From NCBI GenBank assembly GCA_963575745.1, contig CAUYUJ010000283.1, forward strand, positions 1 to 64,000: a DNA stretch of 64,000 bases. The letters are read 5' to 3'. Under the pieces are notes generated by a model. It searched no databases and had not been told where the DNA came from. It saw only the letters and a program-made list of their open reading frames with translations. The position numbers were made by a program, and so were the translations under genes. Of this stretch, positions 1-12,649 are shown piece after piece (the first letter of the stretch is position 1; each line of letters begins with the position of its first letter). This DNA comes from Prorocentrum cordatum (taxonomy: Eukaryota).

Positions 1-289
1 CCCAACAGGCGAAACCCCGACGGACCCATCCAGTTACTCCAGGCACTCGGGGTTTCTTAAAAAGCGTGGGGGGTACACCCCCGACAGGGGGTTAGCCTCG
101 CCTCGTCATCGCGCCGCGACGGGGGTCGGAGCGCCTTCGGCACGCGGTGGCTGCCCGCGACGGGGGTCGATGTGGGGCTGTCGGCGGGGGTGACGCCCCC
201 CCCCCCCCCCCCCGACGCTTATCAAGAAACTCAGAGTACTTATCGGGGCAAAAAAAACACCCAAGGGATCCTAAGCGTATGCGCTGCTC

Positions 290-700
290 GGGCATTTGCG
301 ACAGCTGGTGGAACGGAGAGGGAGTCGTTTTCAAAATCGGGACCTCGCCTCAGCGCCGCGTCCATTCCTCTCGAAGGCGTGTGACAGGTGCAAGGATGGA
401 TGGCAGTTTCGTTGCAAGATAGGGGCCCTCGCTTTAGCGCCACGCACATTCGTCTTCAAATTTCGTAGCAATTACCAAGGATGAATGGCGGTTCCTTTTC
501 GAAATTGTGCTCTCGCTATCGCGCCGCGCACACTCGTCTTACATGTTTACACAAACTGCAAAGATGGACGGCGGTTCTGTTTCAAACAGTTGTTGTCGCT
601 TGAGACTCCCCTGCACTAAACACGACCCGCAGGTTGAACATATGTAGCCAGTGCACGGATGGAATGCGGTTCCTTTCCCAACTGGGGCTGTCGCTTTAGA
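290..700 (+). repeat. Degenerate ~83-bp tandem satellite (partial copy of a dispersed family)
   Basis: Recurring unit ...TTTCAAAATGTGGCTCTCGCCTTAGCGCCGCGCACATTCGTCTT...CACGGATGG; also at 10360-10620 (-), 21900-22130, 24780-25400, 26990-27470 and 43020-43410. Confidence 0.75.
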
Positions 701-1028
701 TTTCTCAAACGTAGTAGCAATAATTCCAGACGTGGGCATTCGTCTGCACTGATGGGGCGGCTCATGTTCCTTTTCAAGCCACGATCTTGCTGGACGCATC
801 GTCAAGCGTTAATCGGCGGTGGACAAACCTCTCTGTAGTAAACCGCCTTTTAGTGACAACGGCCTAGGACCGAAACCGACAGACCTGGACCCGCAAAGAC
901 GACGGCCGCGACGCCCCCTCGCGAACCGAAAACGGCCAACTCGCTAATCGACGTGTCAGTGTAGGAGGTCTATCAAACTCAGACTTAGGATTCTAACTAT
1001 TCGTTTCCCTACTGACTCGCTAGAGTTA

Positions 1029-1185
1029 GGTCGGGCGTGGCCCCCTACAGGCGGATGTTTGACGAAAAATGCAAAATACACCCCGAATGCCCCAAAATGC
1101 TCAAACTGGGCAAAAAAAAATCGTCCCCTGACTATTTTGTTGACTATGTTTGAATGTTCCTCCTGCAGAGGGACAGGCCCGACTT
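1029..1185. mobile_element. MITE family B (~155 bp, ~22-bp TIR)
   Basis: Ends GTCGGGCGTGGCCCCCTACAGG ... CCTGCAGAGGGACAGGCCCGAC are imperfect inverted repeats around an AT-rich core; second copy at 55368-55520. Confidence 0.7.
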
Positions 1186-2644
1186 CACGCCAGAAGGATG
1201 CGAGACTGCCCCTTCGCAAAATTGGGGCCCTCGCCTGAGGAGGCAGGCACGCGGGATGACCGTCTATCAACAAGGGGGCGCTCCTCGTGGCAGAGAGGAA
1301 GGCCCGAGGGGCCTTCTGGGACGGGAGGGCTTATCGCAACATCGTCGACGCAGCTTGGGTTTACTCTGGCCTTCTTCTTCCTCCTCCTCCTGCAGCCCTC
1401 CTCCTCCTCCTCCTCCTCCTCCTCCTCCTCCTCCTCCTCCTCCTCCTCCTCCTCCTCCCTATTCTTGTGACAGGCCTCGAGCGCTTGCGCGTTCATGGCT
1501 GCACGTGCGCCCATTACCAATGACGTCGTGCCAACGCCCGCGCGATGGTTCGAAGCAGAAATTGCACGCCTGCTTACCGCGGTGAGTGCACATCCCGTCA
1601 CCCGACCTTGGCAAAGCGCGAGCCCGAACCGATCAGATCCTCTTCGGGCTCGTCCTTGTCTTCCTCGTCATCCCCTTCTTCCTCTCCCTCTGTCCCGTCG
1701 TCCCCTTCGGAGCAGGACGAGCTGGGACAGTGGCAGCTCGAAGTCGGTCCCGGGGTCCAGACGCACCAGCTTTCCGAGCTGCGCCCAGTCGTGGCGACGA
1801 GAGCTCCCCCCAGAAGGCCAGCGACCGCTGTCTTGGCCCGCCCTCCCTGGACCGCTCCTCCCCCCTCCTCCTCCGCCCCGCCCTCGGGGGTGGGCAGAGC
1901 CCCCTTTCGCAAAAGGCCCCTCAAGGAAAGCTGCCAGGGGCACTCCACGTGCGCACGGCGTCGCATTCCGAGTGCACCCCAGCGGGATGGCTAAGCGACG
2001 CCAAAAAACAACCGAACGGATCCAGCGAAACGAACGTCCACCAATGGAACCGACTGGGGACTGCACCGGCTGCACTGGCACACTCGCCTGCCAATGTCGA
2101 GTGAACCAGTGCAGATTTCCTCAGTCGACTTGTCTGGGTGGGCGTTCTCTCAATGCCCGAGGAGGAGGAGGAGGAGGAGGAGGAGGAGGAGGAGGAGGAG
2201 GACGAGGAGGAGGAGGAGGACGAGGACGACGAGTTCCCCCTTCCCTGTCCCCGTCCCCCAGATCTGAAGCAGTCGCCCTCCAGTGGTGGGCCGCGCGAGG
2301 GGCAGCAGAGAAGTATGCCCGACCACACGCCCACAGCACCGACACGTCGGCTGCAGAAACGGGGGCAGCTATCCTCCTCACCTTCCTCCTCAACCTCTTC
2401 CTCCTCCTCATCATCTTCATCCTGCTGCCTGCAAAAACAAGGGCAGCTACAGCGCGGAAGCGGCCGCAGAAAGCCCTCGCAAGAAATCCAGCCCAGCATC
2501 TGCGCGCGAAGTGCGGTGTTTGGGGGGAAAGCCAGAGCACCCCGAACGCAACAACTTCTGTGTCGGCCGCGGGGAGGTCACCGCGCAGCGCGCGGGGAGA
2601 AGAAACCCTGGGTACCCTCCCGAAGCGACACCGGTTTCTTGATG

Positions 2645-2795
2645 CGCGCCCCCACTGTGTGTCCGCGCCTCGCGCTCCGCGAAGAGCCAATAATTTCGCG
2701 CTCTCGCGCCGCCCCCCTGGGGAGAAGAGAAGGACGACCATGACGAAGACGAAGATCCGCGGATCGCGAGAACTTCGCGCCCTCGTGGCGGCCCT
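2645..2795. mobile_element. Degenerate copy of MITE family C
   Basis: Shares TCGCGCTCCGCGAAG...TTCGCGCTCTCGCGCCGCCC...AACTTCGCGCCCTCGTGG with 33449-33610. Confidence 0.55.
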
Positions 2796-2909
2796 TGCTG
2801 AGGGGTGGGCCATGGCCGACCCAGGCGCAGCCCCCCGGTGCGAGGCTGGGCAGATGCTCGACTGTTGTGGAGAGAGGGCGGGAGGAGAGGCTGGCAGCCT
2901 AATCGCATA

Positions 2910-3091
2910 CCGCTGAGGCCAGTCCGCAAGAAGCCTTCCACAAGAGACCCAACCCCTGAGACCCCAGGACGTCCATTCCATGGATTCTTGGCGTGGGCAC
3001 GTCATGCTTTCCGCCGCAGACCCGTCGAGACCCAAGAAACCCTGGGCACCCTGGAGGCGAGCAGGATGTTCCTTGGCAGAGGCCCCCACTG
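2910..3091. mobile_element. Degenerate copy of TA-flanked MITE family A (Tc1/mariner/pogo-like ends)
   Basis: Internally homologous to 20469-20626 and 55769-55941; right end GGCCCCCACTG; left end decayed and preceded by TA. Confidence 0.65.
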
Positions 3092-3494
3092 AAAATCTGC
3101 TGCAGGAACTGTCGGAGGTCTGCGCGGATCTCTTGGACCCGCGCTGGACCCCCATCCCTGGCGCGCGGAGCGCGCCAGGGGCGGCACCGGAGGCGACGCC
3201 AGAGGGCTCCAGCGCAGATCCTGGAGATCCACGCGGAACTCCGAAAGTTTTCATGCATCTGTGTGTGCATCTGCTTCTTCGAGGTAGGGCAGGTTCAAGT
3301 CGCAACGGCGTGGGCGCTGGTCCTGGACGCCTCGTGGATCGTTCGAGCTTCTGGACAATCGCGGTTTTCCGATTGCGCAGATCGTTCGATGTCGGCCGAT
3401 CCTGGACCACTGGCAGCCTTCAACCTGGAACGCCTGCGCTGGCGTCGCCGCCGCGTCGACACGACACGAACCCACGGAAGAGCCGGGCCCCTGC

Positions 3495-3671
3495 CTTGAG
3501 CGCAGTTTCCGCGTGCTTGATGTCGAGGCCGAGGGCCTTCTTCTTGTCCTTCTTGATCGTGACGACCCACACGACTGGGGGCTCTGGTGTGGGCTCCGGC
3601 TCGGCCTCAACCGCGGGCGCCGCCTCCTCCGCCTCCACGGGGACCGTATCACCTGCGCACATGTTCCCCAT
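3495..3671 (-). CDS. Probable first coding exon of an N-lipidated PDZ-like host protein
   Basis: MGNMCAG start (MGxxC myristoyl/palmitoyl pattern), acidic Pro-rich linker, then VVTIKKDKKKALGLDIKH resembling the PDZ betaA/carboxylate-binding loop; pyrimidine-rich CTCAG acceptor 9 nt upstream of the ATG; AAG|GC donor at 3495/3494 (GC donors are common in dinoflagellates). Downstream exons not resolved. Confidence 0.45.
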
Positions 3672-6091
3672 GACTCCCGGCTGAGATCAGGCACGGAGAG
3701 ACAGAAAACGATGGCCACGACCAAGACCGAACGCGGAAACACCGATACCGATCCTGGCCATCGTCCATCTAGGTCATCGTCGATTCGTGGATCATCCTCG
3801 CGAATCGGCGACAGCGGGCATTGGCCATGGACGAGACTGGCGCCGGCAAGATCCGGCGACGTCTTGGTCATGGTCATCGTGTTTCTTCCCTCGAAAGCTG
3901 CTGGGCGGCTGGCTGCACGCTGGCCCGTGCAAACCAAAAGGGGGCAGTGTGGTTCCAAGTACTTGGGTGGGGCAATTTTGAGCCAGGCGGGTTGCGGCGA
4001 AGGGTTGCTGTACGAGGCGCAAGGGCGAGGAGGAAGAGGAGGCGGCAGGAGGAGGGCGAGGAAGGCGAGGGAGGAGAAGAATGATGAGGAAGACGAGCGG
4101 AACGGAGCGAAGTGGCGCTGGCACCAGGCGGCAAAATACCCGTGCCGTCTGGTCATGGCGCAGCAGGCCGTACTCTAGCCTCAGATCGCATGGGCGTAGA
4201 AGATGTTGGTGAAATGCTAGAAAAACCGGCCCAAATCTTGTTTTCGTGAATTCCTCCGCTTCGCTCTCACGAGTGGCGTGTTTTCCCGACCAGCAACAGC
4301 ATGCTTGGATATTCATGCCAGCCGTCATCGTCAGTCCACGAGGAAGCCTGCTTACGCGTGATGTTCAGGAGACACACTCTTGTTGACATACTGGCGCTTG
4401 GGAAGCTCATTGATGCAGTAAGGCTGGATGTTTGTAAAACAACAAACACTGCCACGCCCTCAGTGCAGACGAGAGACATCCTACTCGATGCCAGGTCACC
4501 GCGTAAAATCGTATTTCAGCTGGTGCATGTGCTGCGTGTTCAAACGGCATTGATTGAGCGCGTACGAATTTGTCTCTCCTCAAGGGCACTTCCGAGCCGA
4601 GCGAACAACGTTAGGCGACAAACTCGAATCTCAGCCAAACTCATACGTTTGACTTCCTGGCCCTCCTTACGAACTGCTAAATTGCGCCAATCAGCTGCGA
4701 TGCACGTAGCCGCCCACCGGAGAGAGAGAGAGAGAGAGACGTTCGCCAGCAATGGGTTCCCAGCATTGCCAATTTCAGCATCTGACGTTTCGACGATCAT
4801 CACATCTGTCCCTCGTAGCATCGAAAGACACATGATGCATGAGTGTCGAGTTTGCGCTCAATCCTGCATCAAGTCGAAGCAAATCGTAAGAAGGAAGGGT
4901 GCGCATTTGCCGCATACTGTCATTCACCGTAAGGCTCATCACATGGCCTGATATTATAGCATGTTCTCAAACTGTTTATGATGATGAGGAATGATTTCCG
5001 TGTCACATCTTGCTGGAAGCATTGCCTTCTCTTTTGCGGTCGCGATAAATGCGCGTTCCCATTGTACTCATACATGTGGCGCAGAAGGTCAGCACACACT
5101 GCGGTGGGTGACTCAAAGCGGGTCCGTTCCATGGGGTGCGGCATGTACGGTGCCAGCTTTCTGGAGCTTCCCTCTTTGAGCTACAATGGAGGAGAAAAGG
5201 AGGAGGAGGTGGAGGAGAGAAGAACGGGAGCATGATGGAGGAAACTGAAAGGGCGAGTCGTGAGCCAGAAGAGGAAGGCCAACGAGCGGGGAGAAAGGGG
5301 AACGCCGACGAGGGCACGTCTTAAGTGCGACTGGGGCCCAGCAGGGTGGCTGGCATCACGCTGTAGATGCATGATGCGGCTTACGGTCACGTCTGCCTCT
5401 GTGTGCGGGAAGAAAGCGGGACGAATGGAGAAGAAGGAGGAGGAGGAGGAGGAGGAGGAGGAATGAGACGGGAGAACACGAGGAGGGAGAGGGGGTGGTA
5501 GAGGAGGGCGAGAACGAAAAACGAAAGGGGAGGAAGAGGATGAGGGACGGAAGACGAGCAGGAGGAGAACGAATGCGACAACCCTGGCGTGCGCAACGCG
5601 AAGGGCCCCCGCAGCGAGGGGGGGCGAGCGGCACGCCCCCCTCCTCCTCCAGCCTCCTCCTCCAGCCTCCTCCTAAATACTCCAACTCCTCCCGCTGCCC
5701 TCGCCGCCTCCCTCCCCCCCCCCCCCTCCGCGGCACCCCGCCCCGTCGGGGGCGTAATATGCTGCCCGACAGTGGCATGAGCGAGACGCGAGACCACCAA
5801 TCGGGCCTGCTGGCCCCCCCCTTTCGGGGAAGGCCGGGCCGTGAGGCTTGCTGCCTGAAGTGGTGCCTTGTGCGCTGTGCTGCCTGCTGTTCTCTCCAGC
5901 CCCGTGTCCAGCTTCAGGAGAAGAAGCAAGCTGCACGAGCACAGACTCTCGGAGATCCACACGTGTCTCTCGGATCGGCGTTGAACTCTCCTCCCTGGCG
6001 CGCGGGGCGCGCCAGGGGCGGCGCCAGTGGAGCCGCCAGGGGGGCCTGGCGACATCCCAACGTTAATGTGTCTCTGTCGTTTGCCGCATGC

Positions 6092-6380
6092 CAAACATGA
6101 ACAACCCACGAGCCAGGAACGTGATATAGAACTGCAAGATGTGACAGCGCTCCGAGACACTTAATTGGGGCGATGGGCAATGGCAATGTTCACATACCGA
6201 CGGTGATGATACCGTGCCGACGGCGCCGTGCTGAACAGCGCTGCGTCATGCTGTGTGTTGAACTGTACTGCTCTGCTGCGTGTCAGATCGATTCGTCCTT
6301 GGCGTCGGAATCCTGATCGAACTGGTCTGGATGTTAAGGGAGCTGCCTGAACACATGGCTTCCAAGAGCTGACCGCTGCG
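6092..6380. mobile_element. Diverged partial copy of the Helentron-like family at 35719 and 38382
   Basis: AAACATGAACAACCCACGAGCCAGGAACG...GAATCCTGATCGAACTG...GAGCTGCCTGAACACAT aligns with 35719-36010. Confidence 0.6.
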
Positions 6381-7919
6381 GGAACGTCCGAACCGCACAA
6401 CTGGCTCGAGCTCGATATCCGAATCAGTTCCGAAATTGGACGATTCGAGAGAGGGCGAATACGAACCGAGGAGGCATGCATCAAAATGGTGGACCGAAAA
6501 CGCCACCGGCAGCGACGACGACGGACGACGACGAGTGCGAGGGAGGCAGAGGGGCTCGAGGCCAACAGGCCAAAACAACCCCCGAACTTTCTGTCGGGTC
6601 TGGGGCTTACCGGCGAAAGGAACCCATGTGTCTTGGAGGCCCCGGGGCTCCTGGGCGAGAGGAGCCTACATGGTTTCAGCTCCCAGGGCGTCGCGGAAAT
6701 CCAGATGCTCGCAATGCCGCCAGAGCTCCCAACGATGACAGATCTCCCCCCTCCTCCCCCTTCCCCTCCTTTTTGACGTTAGGAAAACAGGAGCGACGAG
6801 GCTGTTGCGTTCATGTGAAATGACGTAACTGCAAGGCCCGACTTACGCATTGTGCCTGAATTGAAGCAGACGGACGGTCAGTGCAAAAGAGGTGCAACAA
6901 GTGCAGGAACAGTAGTGGAGCCCGTGAGGGCGCAGAGTAACTAAGCCGACTGCCAATAGGAAGGAGGGAGGAACAACCTGCAACAATAACTGCACGTAAA
7001 CATAACAACGGGAGTCATCCGAACATGAGTGGTCGAAATACGCGTGCAGGCGGGCAACAATGTATAGATGATAGGGGATTGAACTGTCAGCTGGCCTGCA
7101 CAATCTTGTACATCCTATCCTCAAGACCGCAACCAACCGAAAGGGTAACTAGGCCGCTTAACTGGAGTCGTGTTTCCTCCCCACCCACACCTGCAGCTCA
7201 ACCTCCGAACCCCCTCAAAACCGTCGTAAGAAGCGTAGTTGAGCAGCGCATGCAATGCTGAATAAGTCGGGCGTTAATGTGCAAAGGGCGGATTGGACGC
7301 AAACTTAGCGGTGGGAAGACAGATTGCGCAGCATGTTGGCAAGTGCTGAAAGTCAGAGTGGCAGTGTGATCTGAAAATTTGCACACGAAGGCCAGCTCTG
7401 AGTCGTTTTCCCATCCCAACCTGAACCCCCCCCCAGCCCACCCCAGCAACGCACCCCGTCTCCAATCCTCCATCGGAAGACATACGTAGCCAGGCGGTTG
7501 CAGCGCAGGTGACCTGCAAAGCTGACGCAGCAATACTGGCTGGCCTGATTCATATCATGATGAGGGCGGTCAGAATACAAAGAAGCTGGGCATCTACATG
7601 GGTCGGCTACCGGCCTGCAACAAGAAACTGGATGGGCAATCATATTAGAGTACGGCTGGAATGCATGGCCATTGCAAGCAAGTCTGGTGAAGAAGGGGAA
7701 GGATGAGGGGAGGCGGAGTGGAAGTGTGGGTAGGGTAGCTGAGGCTCGGCGGCCCACAGTTGGGTGGATGCCCCTCCGCCGACGGCCACAACGGTCATTG
7801 TCGGAGGTTGAGGGGTGAGATCGCAGTGGAACGGAGACCCCCAACCGGGAAATCGTTTCGTTTCGTTCGTGTTGTGCGTGCGGGCGAGGCGAAGCTGCGT
7901 GGGCGCGCGAGCGTAATGA

Positions 7920-8780
7920 ACCCGCCGTTGCTAGGGCGAAGTCAAAACAAATGTTTCTCCTCCGTCCGGCGGTATCCCGCGGTGTCCCGCCGTTGCTAGG
8001 GCGAAGTCAAGACAAATGTTTCTCCTCCGTCCGGCGGTGGCTCGCGGTGTCCCGCGGTATCCCGTGGTGTCCCGTGGTGTCCGCCGTTGCTAGGGCGAAG
8101 TCAAGACAAATGATTCTCTCCCGTCCGGCGGTGGCTCGCGGTGTCCCGCGGTGTCCCGTGGTGTCCCGTGGTGTCAGACGTTGCTAGGGCGAAATCAAGA
8201 CAAATGATTCTCCCCCGTCCAGCGGTGGCTCGCGGTGTCCCGCGGTGCCCCGTGGTGTCCCGTTGAGTGAGATCGATAATGAGATCAATAGTGAGATTGA
8301 TAGTGAGATCGATGAGATCGATGGTGAAATCGATAGTGAGATCGATACTGAGATCGACATGGTGCCCCGAGGTGTCCCGTGGTGTCCCAAAAAATGAGAT
8401 CGATAGTGAGATCAATAATGAGATCGATAGGTGCCCCGTGGTGTCCCGTTGAGTGAGATCGATAGCGGGATCGATAATGAGATCGATACGGAGATCGATG
8501 TGGTGCCACGAGGGGTCCCGTGGTGTCCCAAAAAGTGAGATCGATAGTGAGATCGACAGGTGTTCCGTGGTGTCCCGTTGAGTGAGATCGATAGTGGGAT
8601 CGATACTGAGATCGACACTGAGACCGATATTGAGATCGAGAGGTGTCCCGCGATGTCCCGTGGTGTCCCGTGGTGTCCCATTGAGTGAGATCGATAATGA
8701 ATTCGATAGTGAGATCGACAAGTGTCCCGTGGTGTCCCGTGGTGTCCCGTTGAGTGAGATCGATTGTGAGATCGATTGAG
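7920..8780. repeat. Composite minisatellite array
   Basis: Four GTTGCTAGGGCGAAGTCAAGACAAATG-headed units, then interleaved 12-bp GAGATCGATAGT and 10-bp GTGGTGTCCC units. Confidence 0.85.
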
Positions 8781-9019
8781 TCAGATGTTGGTTCCCCCCC
8801 TCTCCCCCCCCACACACAACCTCTTTATCACCCGAAGGGTGGTCGTATAGGTGTACAAGTATACCTCCACGCATCCCCCAAGGATGGGCAGTATGCGAAT
8901 ATACATGTATTGGAATGTCAGGTCTGGCGCAGGCGTGTGAAGGACAAGCTATCTACGAAAAAGAGAATACCCTAGGGGCCTGGGGCAGCACGTGTGTTTG
9001 CTACAGCTGGTATTCCCTC

Positions 9020-9548
9020 CTCCTCCTCCCTTGTCCCTCCTCCCTCCGCCCACCTCCATCTTCCTCCCTCCCTCCTCCCTCCCACCCTCCCTCCCACCCT
9101 CCCTCCCGCCCTCCCTCCCTCGCTCCCTCTCCCTCCTCCTCTTCCTCATCATCGTCCTCCCGTTCCTCCTCCTGTTCCTCCTCCTCCCCCTCCTCCTACT
9201 CCTCCTACTCCTCCGCCTCTCCTCCTTCTCCTCCTTCTTCTCCTCCTCCTCCTCCTCCTCCTCCTCCTCCTCCTCCTCCTCCTCTCCCTCCCTCGTCGCT
9301 GCTCTGCCCGCTTCTGCATCGCGCCACCCGCCGCCCCGTCCTCCACCTCGCTGGGGGCCGCCTCGGGGAAGAGCGCCCTCGTCAGCCTCCGCCGGACCCT
9401 CGAAAGGTCGACCTGCCCCCAGGAAAATGAGAACGAGGATGGCGAGGAGAAGGCAGGAGAGAGGAGGGAGGGAGGAGGAGGAGGAGGACAACGACGACGA
9501 TGACGACGACGATGGCGATGATGATGATACTGATGATGATGATGATGC

Positions 9549-9579
<31 letters not shown>

Positions 9580-9683
9580 GATGGTGATGATGGTGATGGT
9601 GATTGTGATGGTGATGGTGATTGTGATTGTGATGGTGATGGTGATGGTGATGGTGATGGTGATGGTGATGGTGATGGTGATGG

Positions 9684-9720
<37 letters not shown>

Positions 9721-9734
9721 ATGATGATGTTGCT

Positions 9735-9765
<31 letters not shown>

Positions 9766-10010
9766 ATGACGATGGCGATGAATATGATAGTGATGATGAT
9801 CATGATGGTGATGAATGCTGAGACTGTTGATGATGATGCTGATGATGATGAGGATGATGATGCTGATATTGACGATGATGATGATGATGACGATGATGAT
9901 GCGGATGATGATGATTAGGAGGATGAAGAGGAGGAGGGAGGGGAATGAGGAGGAGGAAGAGGAAGAAGAGGAGCAGGAGCAGGACGAGAAGGAGGAGGAG
10001 GAGAAGGAGC
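9020..10010. repeat. (CCT)n, (GAT/GGT)n and (GAG)n microsatellites
   Basis: Directly visible low-complexity tracts. Confidence 0.95.
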
Positions 10011-10044
10011 ACGCACAGGAAAACAAAGCAAGACTCATCAAAAA

Positions 10045-10670
10045 CATTAAAATAAACCATCCCTCCAGGCTTCCACTTCAGATGCCCCTACAAAGATTCA
10101 CTTCCTCTGAGCGAAAGACCCCGTTGGGAGGCAACCGTTTGGAGATCCTGAAACGTGCCTAAACACCATTCTAGGGACTCCAGCGGCACGAATCAACCTG
10201 ACTGTTGCGTTTCGACGATCCTGGATCGTGCCAGAACGCTGCCCCTGGGACTTCACCACCGCGAATCAACGTAACTATTGCGCCCTGATTACCCTGAATC
10301 CTTCCTGATAGCCATTTCTGGTACGATAATTATGGGAACCCGTGAACATCTTACAACTTGTTTAAACGAATGTGCGCGGCGATAAGGCAAAACCCAGAAT
10401 TTGAAAAAGAACCGCCCTGAATACGTGAAACTCTTGCGGATGCTTACAACGAATGCGCGCGGCGCTGAGGCGAGAACCACATTTGAACACAACCACCCGC
10501 CCTCAACCGGGTAAACTCTTGCAGACTATCAAACGAATGTGCGCGGCGCTAAGGAGAGAGCCACCTGTTGAAAACCACCCGCCCGACATTTGTGAAACTG
10601 TTGCCAATGTTGGAGCTTGAAAATCATGACTGGTAAGGAAATCTCAGGCGAAGCGCCCAGCCCGCCCTTC
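10045..10670 (-). mobile_element. Dispersed non-autonomous element with internal ~83-bp tandem units
   Basis: Reverse complement of 26945-27750 and 42965-43720: same head (GGGCGGGCTGGGCG.TTCGCCTGAGA), same internal units and same tail block. Confidence 0.65.
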
Positions 10671-10854
10671 CGACCGACCTCGGGGTGTGAGAGGGATGAG
10701 CTATGTATGAGGAGAAGAAATGGAGGGGGGGAGGAGATGGAGGGGGAGGAGGAGAGGGAGGAAGAGGAGGAGGAGGGAGGAAGGGAGAAAAGTGGCATGA
10801 AACGAAGAGCGGGCACACTGTCCAAGCCAGCGTGCCCTCAGATAAAAGAAAAAG

Positions 10855-11089
10855 GATGATGATGATGATGGTGATGATGAGTATGATGGTGGTTATGGCG
10901 ATGGGGATGATGATGATGCTGATGCTGATGATGGTGGTGATGTTGTTGATGGTGCTGATGATAGTGATGATGGTGATGGTGGTGGTGATGCCAATAATAC
11001 CTATTATACTGACGATGACGACGATGATGATGATGATGGTAATGACGATGATGATGCTGATGATGATCAAGATGATGATGGTGATGATG

Positions 11090-11121
<32 letters not shown>

Positions 11122-11317
11122 GATGGTAATGATGATGGTGATGATAGTGATGACGACGATGTTGATGATGCTGACGCTGCTGCTGGTAATTATAATGGTG
11201 GTGATGATGATGGTGATGATGGTGATGATGGTGATGCTGATGATGAGGGTGATGATGATGATGATGTCGATGCTGATTCTAGTATGATGATGATGGTGCT
11301 GGTGATGGTGCTGGTGC

Positions 11318-11377
<60 letters not shown>

Positions 11378-11566
11378 GCAGTCTTATTGTTATAACTAGT
11401 ATTCTAATGTTATGAACGGCACTCTTTGGTATTGATAGACTGACTATTAGTATCGCTATTATGTTTATTAATCGTATTGCAACAATGGTTATGATGCCTA
11501 GCATGGTTATGAAGACTATGATGATGATGATGCTGTTGATGATGATGCTGATGCTGATGCTGATGC

Positions 11567-11643
<77 letters not shown>

Positions 11644-11890
11644 TGAGGACGGAGGAGGAGGACGAGGAGGACAAGGAGGAGGAGAACAAAGGGGAGGGGG
11701 AGGGAGGGAGGAGGAGGCATGAGGAGGGATGAGGAGGGGCGAGGGGGAGGAAGAGGGAGGAGGAGGAGGAGGAGGAGGAGGCATGATGAGGAATGAGGAG
11801 GGGCGAGGGGGAGGAAGAGGGAGGAGGAGGAGGAGGAGGAGGAGGAGAAGGAGGAGGGGGAAGAGGAGGGGAGGAGGGCGAGGAGGGCGA
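10855..11890. repeat. (GAT)n followed by (GAG)n microsatellite
   Basis: Directly visible. Confidence 0.95.
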
Positions 11891-12649
11891 GGAGAGACCA
11901 GCACGCGTGGCGAGGGAGGTCGGGGCCACCCAACTTTGCGCCTCGCGCACCGCGATGGGCGACGTGCGGTTCAGTTCGCGCCCTCGCGAGGCGACCTTGG
12001 CGAAGGGCAGCTGTCTGGCCCACGACGAGACGCGCGAAGCGCGAAGATCTTCCTCGCGCACGCGGGGGGGACGCGTGAGATGCGCAGCCCCAGCAGGAGG
12101 GAGGGTGAGGTTTGGCTTGACTCGGGTGCGGATCGCGCCAGAACTTCAATCGACGGGTCAGCCCACACGAAACTGGAGAGAGGAGAGAGCAGAGGTCGAG
12201 GCCAACCATGCTGGCTGCTTCCACTGCGACGACGGATGGAGGGAGGGACGAGGAGGGCGAGGAGAAAACGAAGGGCGAGGAGAAGGGATAGGAGGAGGAG
12301 GAAGGAGGATGAGGATGAGGACTGAGGGAGGAAGAGGAGATGATGAGAACGGAGGAATGAGAGGGACAAGGGTTTGGGAAAGTTCTGCGGATTCTGGAAT
12401 GTTACTGAAAGGATCTGGGGGGCTCTCTGGGTCATCCTCCCGTCAAGACCATTCCTCATTTTCCTGCTGCTCCTCCTGCTCCTCCCCCTCCACATCCTCC
12501 ACCACCTACTTGTCCTCGTTCTCCTCGTCCTCCTCGGCCCATGTTTCTCATCTTCCCACTTGCCCCGTCTATCCCTCCTCCTGCTCTTGACTCACTCGTC
12601 TTATTATATCATCCGTCACCTTGCCTCAGGGCACGGAGTGGGCATGTCC

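Noticed and set aside
3977..3998. Relic SL (15/22, minus strand) upstream of the PDZ-like exon
   Set aside because: Position is suggestive, but several matches of this quality are expected by chance in 64 kb
4200..5180. Unique-looking segments as decayed genes (also 6800-7700, 16970-17480 and 42400-42830)
   Set aside because: No motif recognised in any frame; needs a translated homology search
8949..11904. Long poly-Ser/Pro/Asp/Met/His ORFs here and at 15400-16970, 25695-28520, 37960-39800 and 56100-58470
   Set aside because: They are translations of trinucleotide microsatellites or minisatellites that lack stops in several frames; no domain signal
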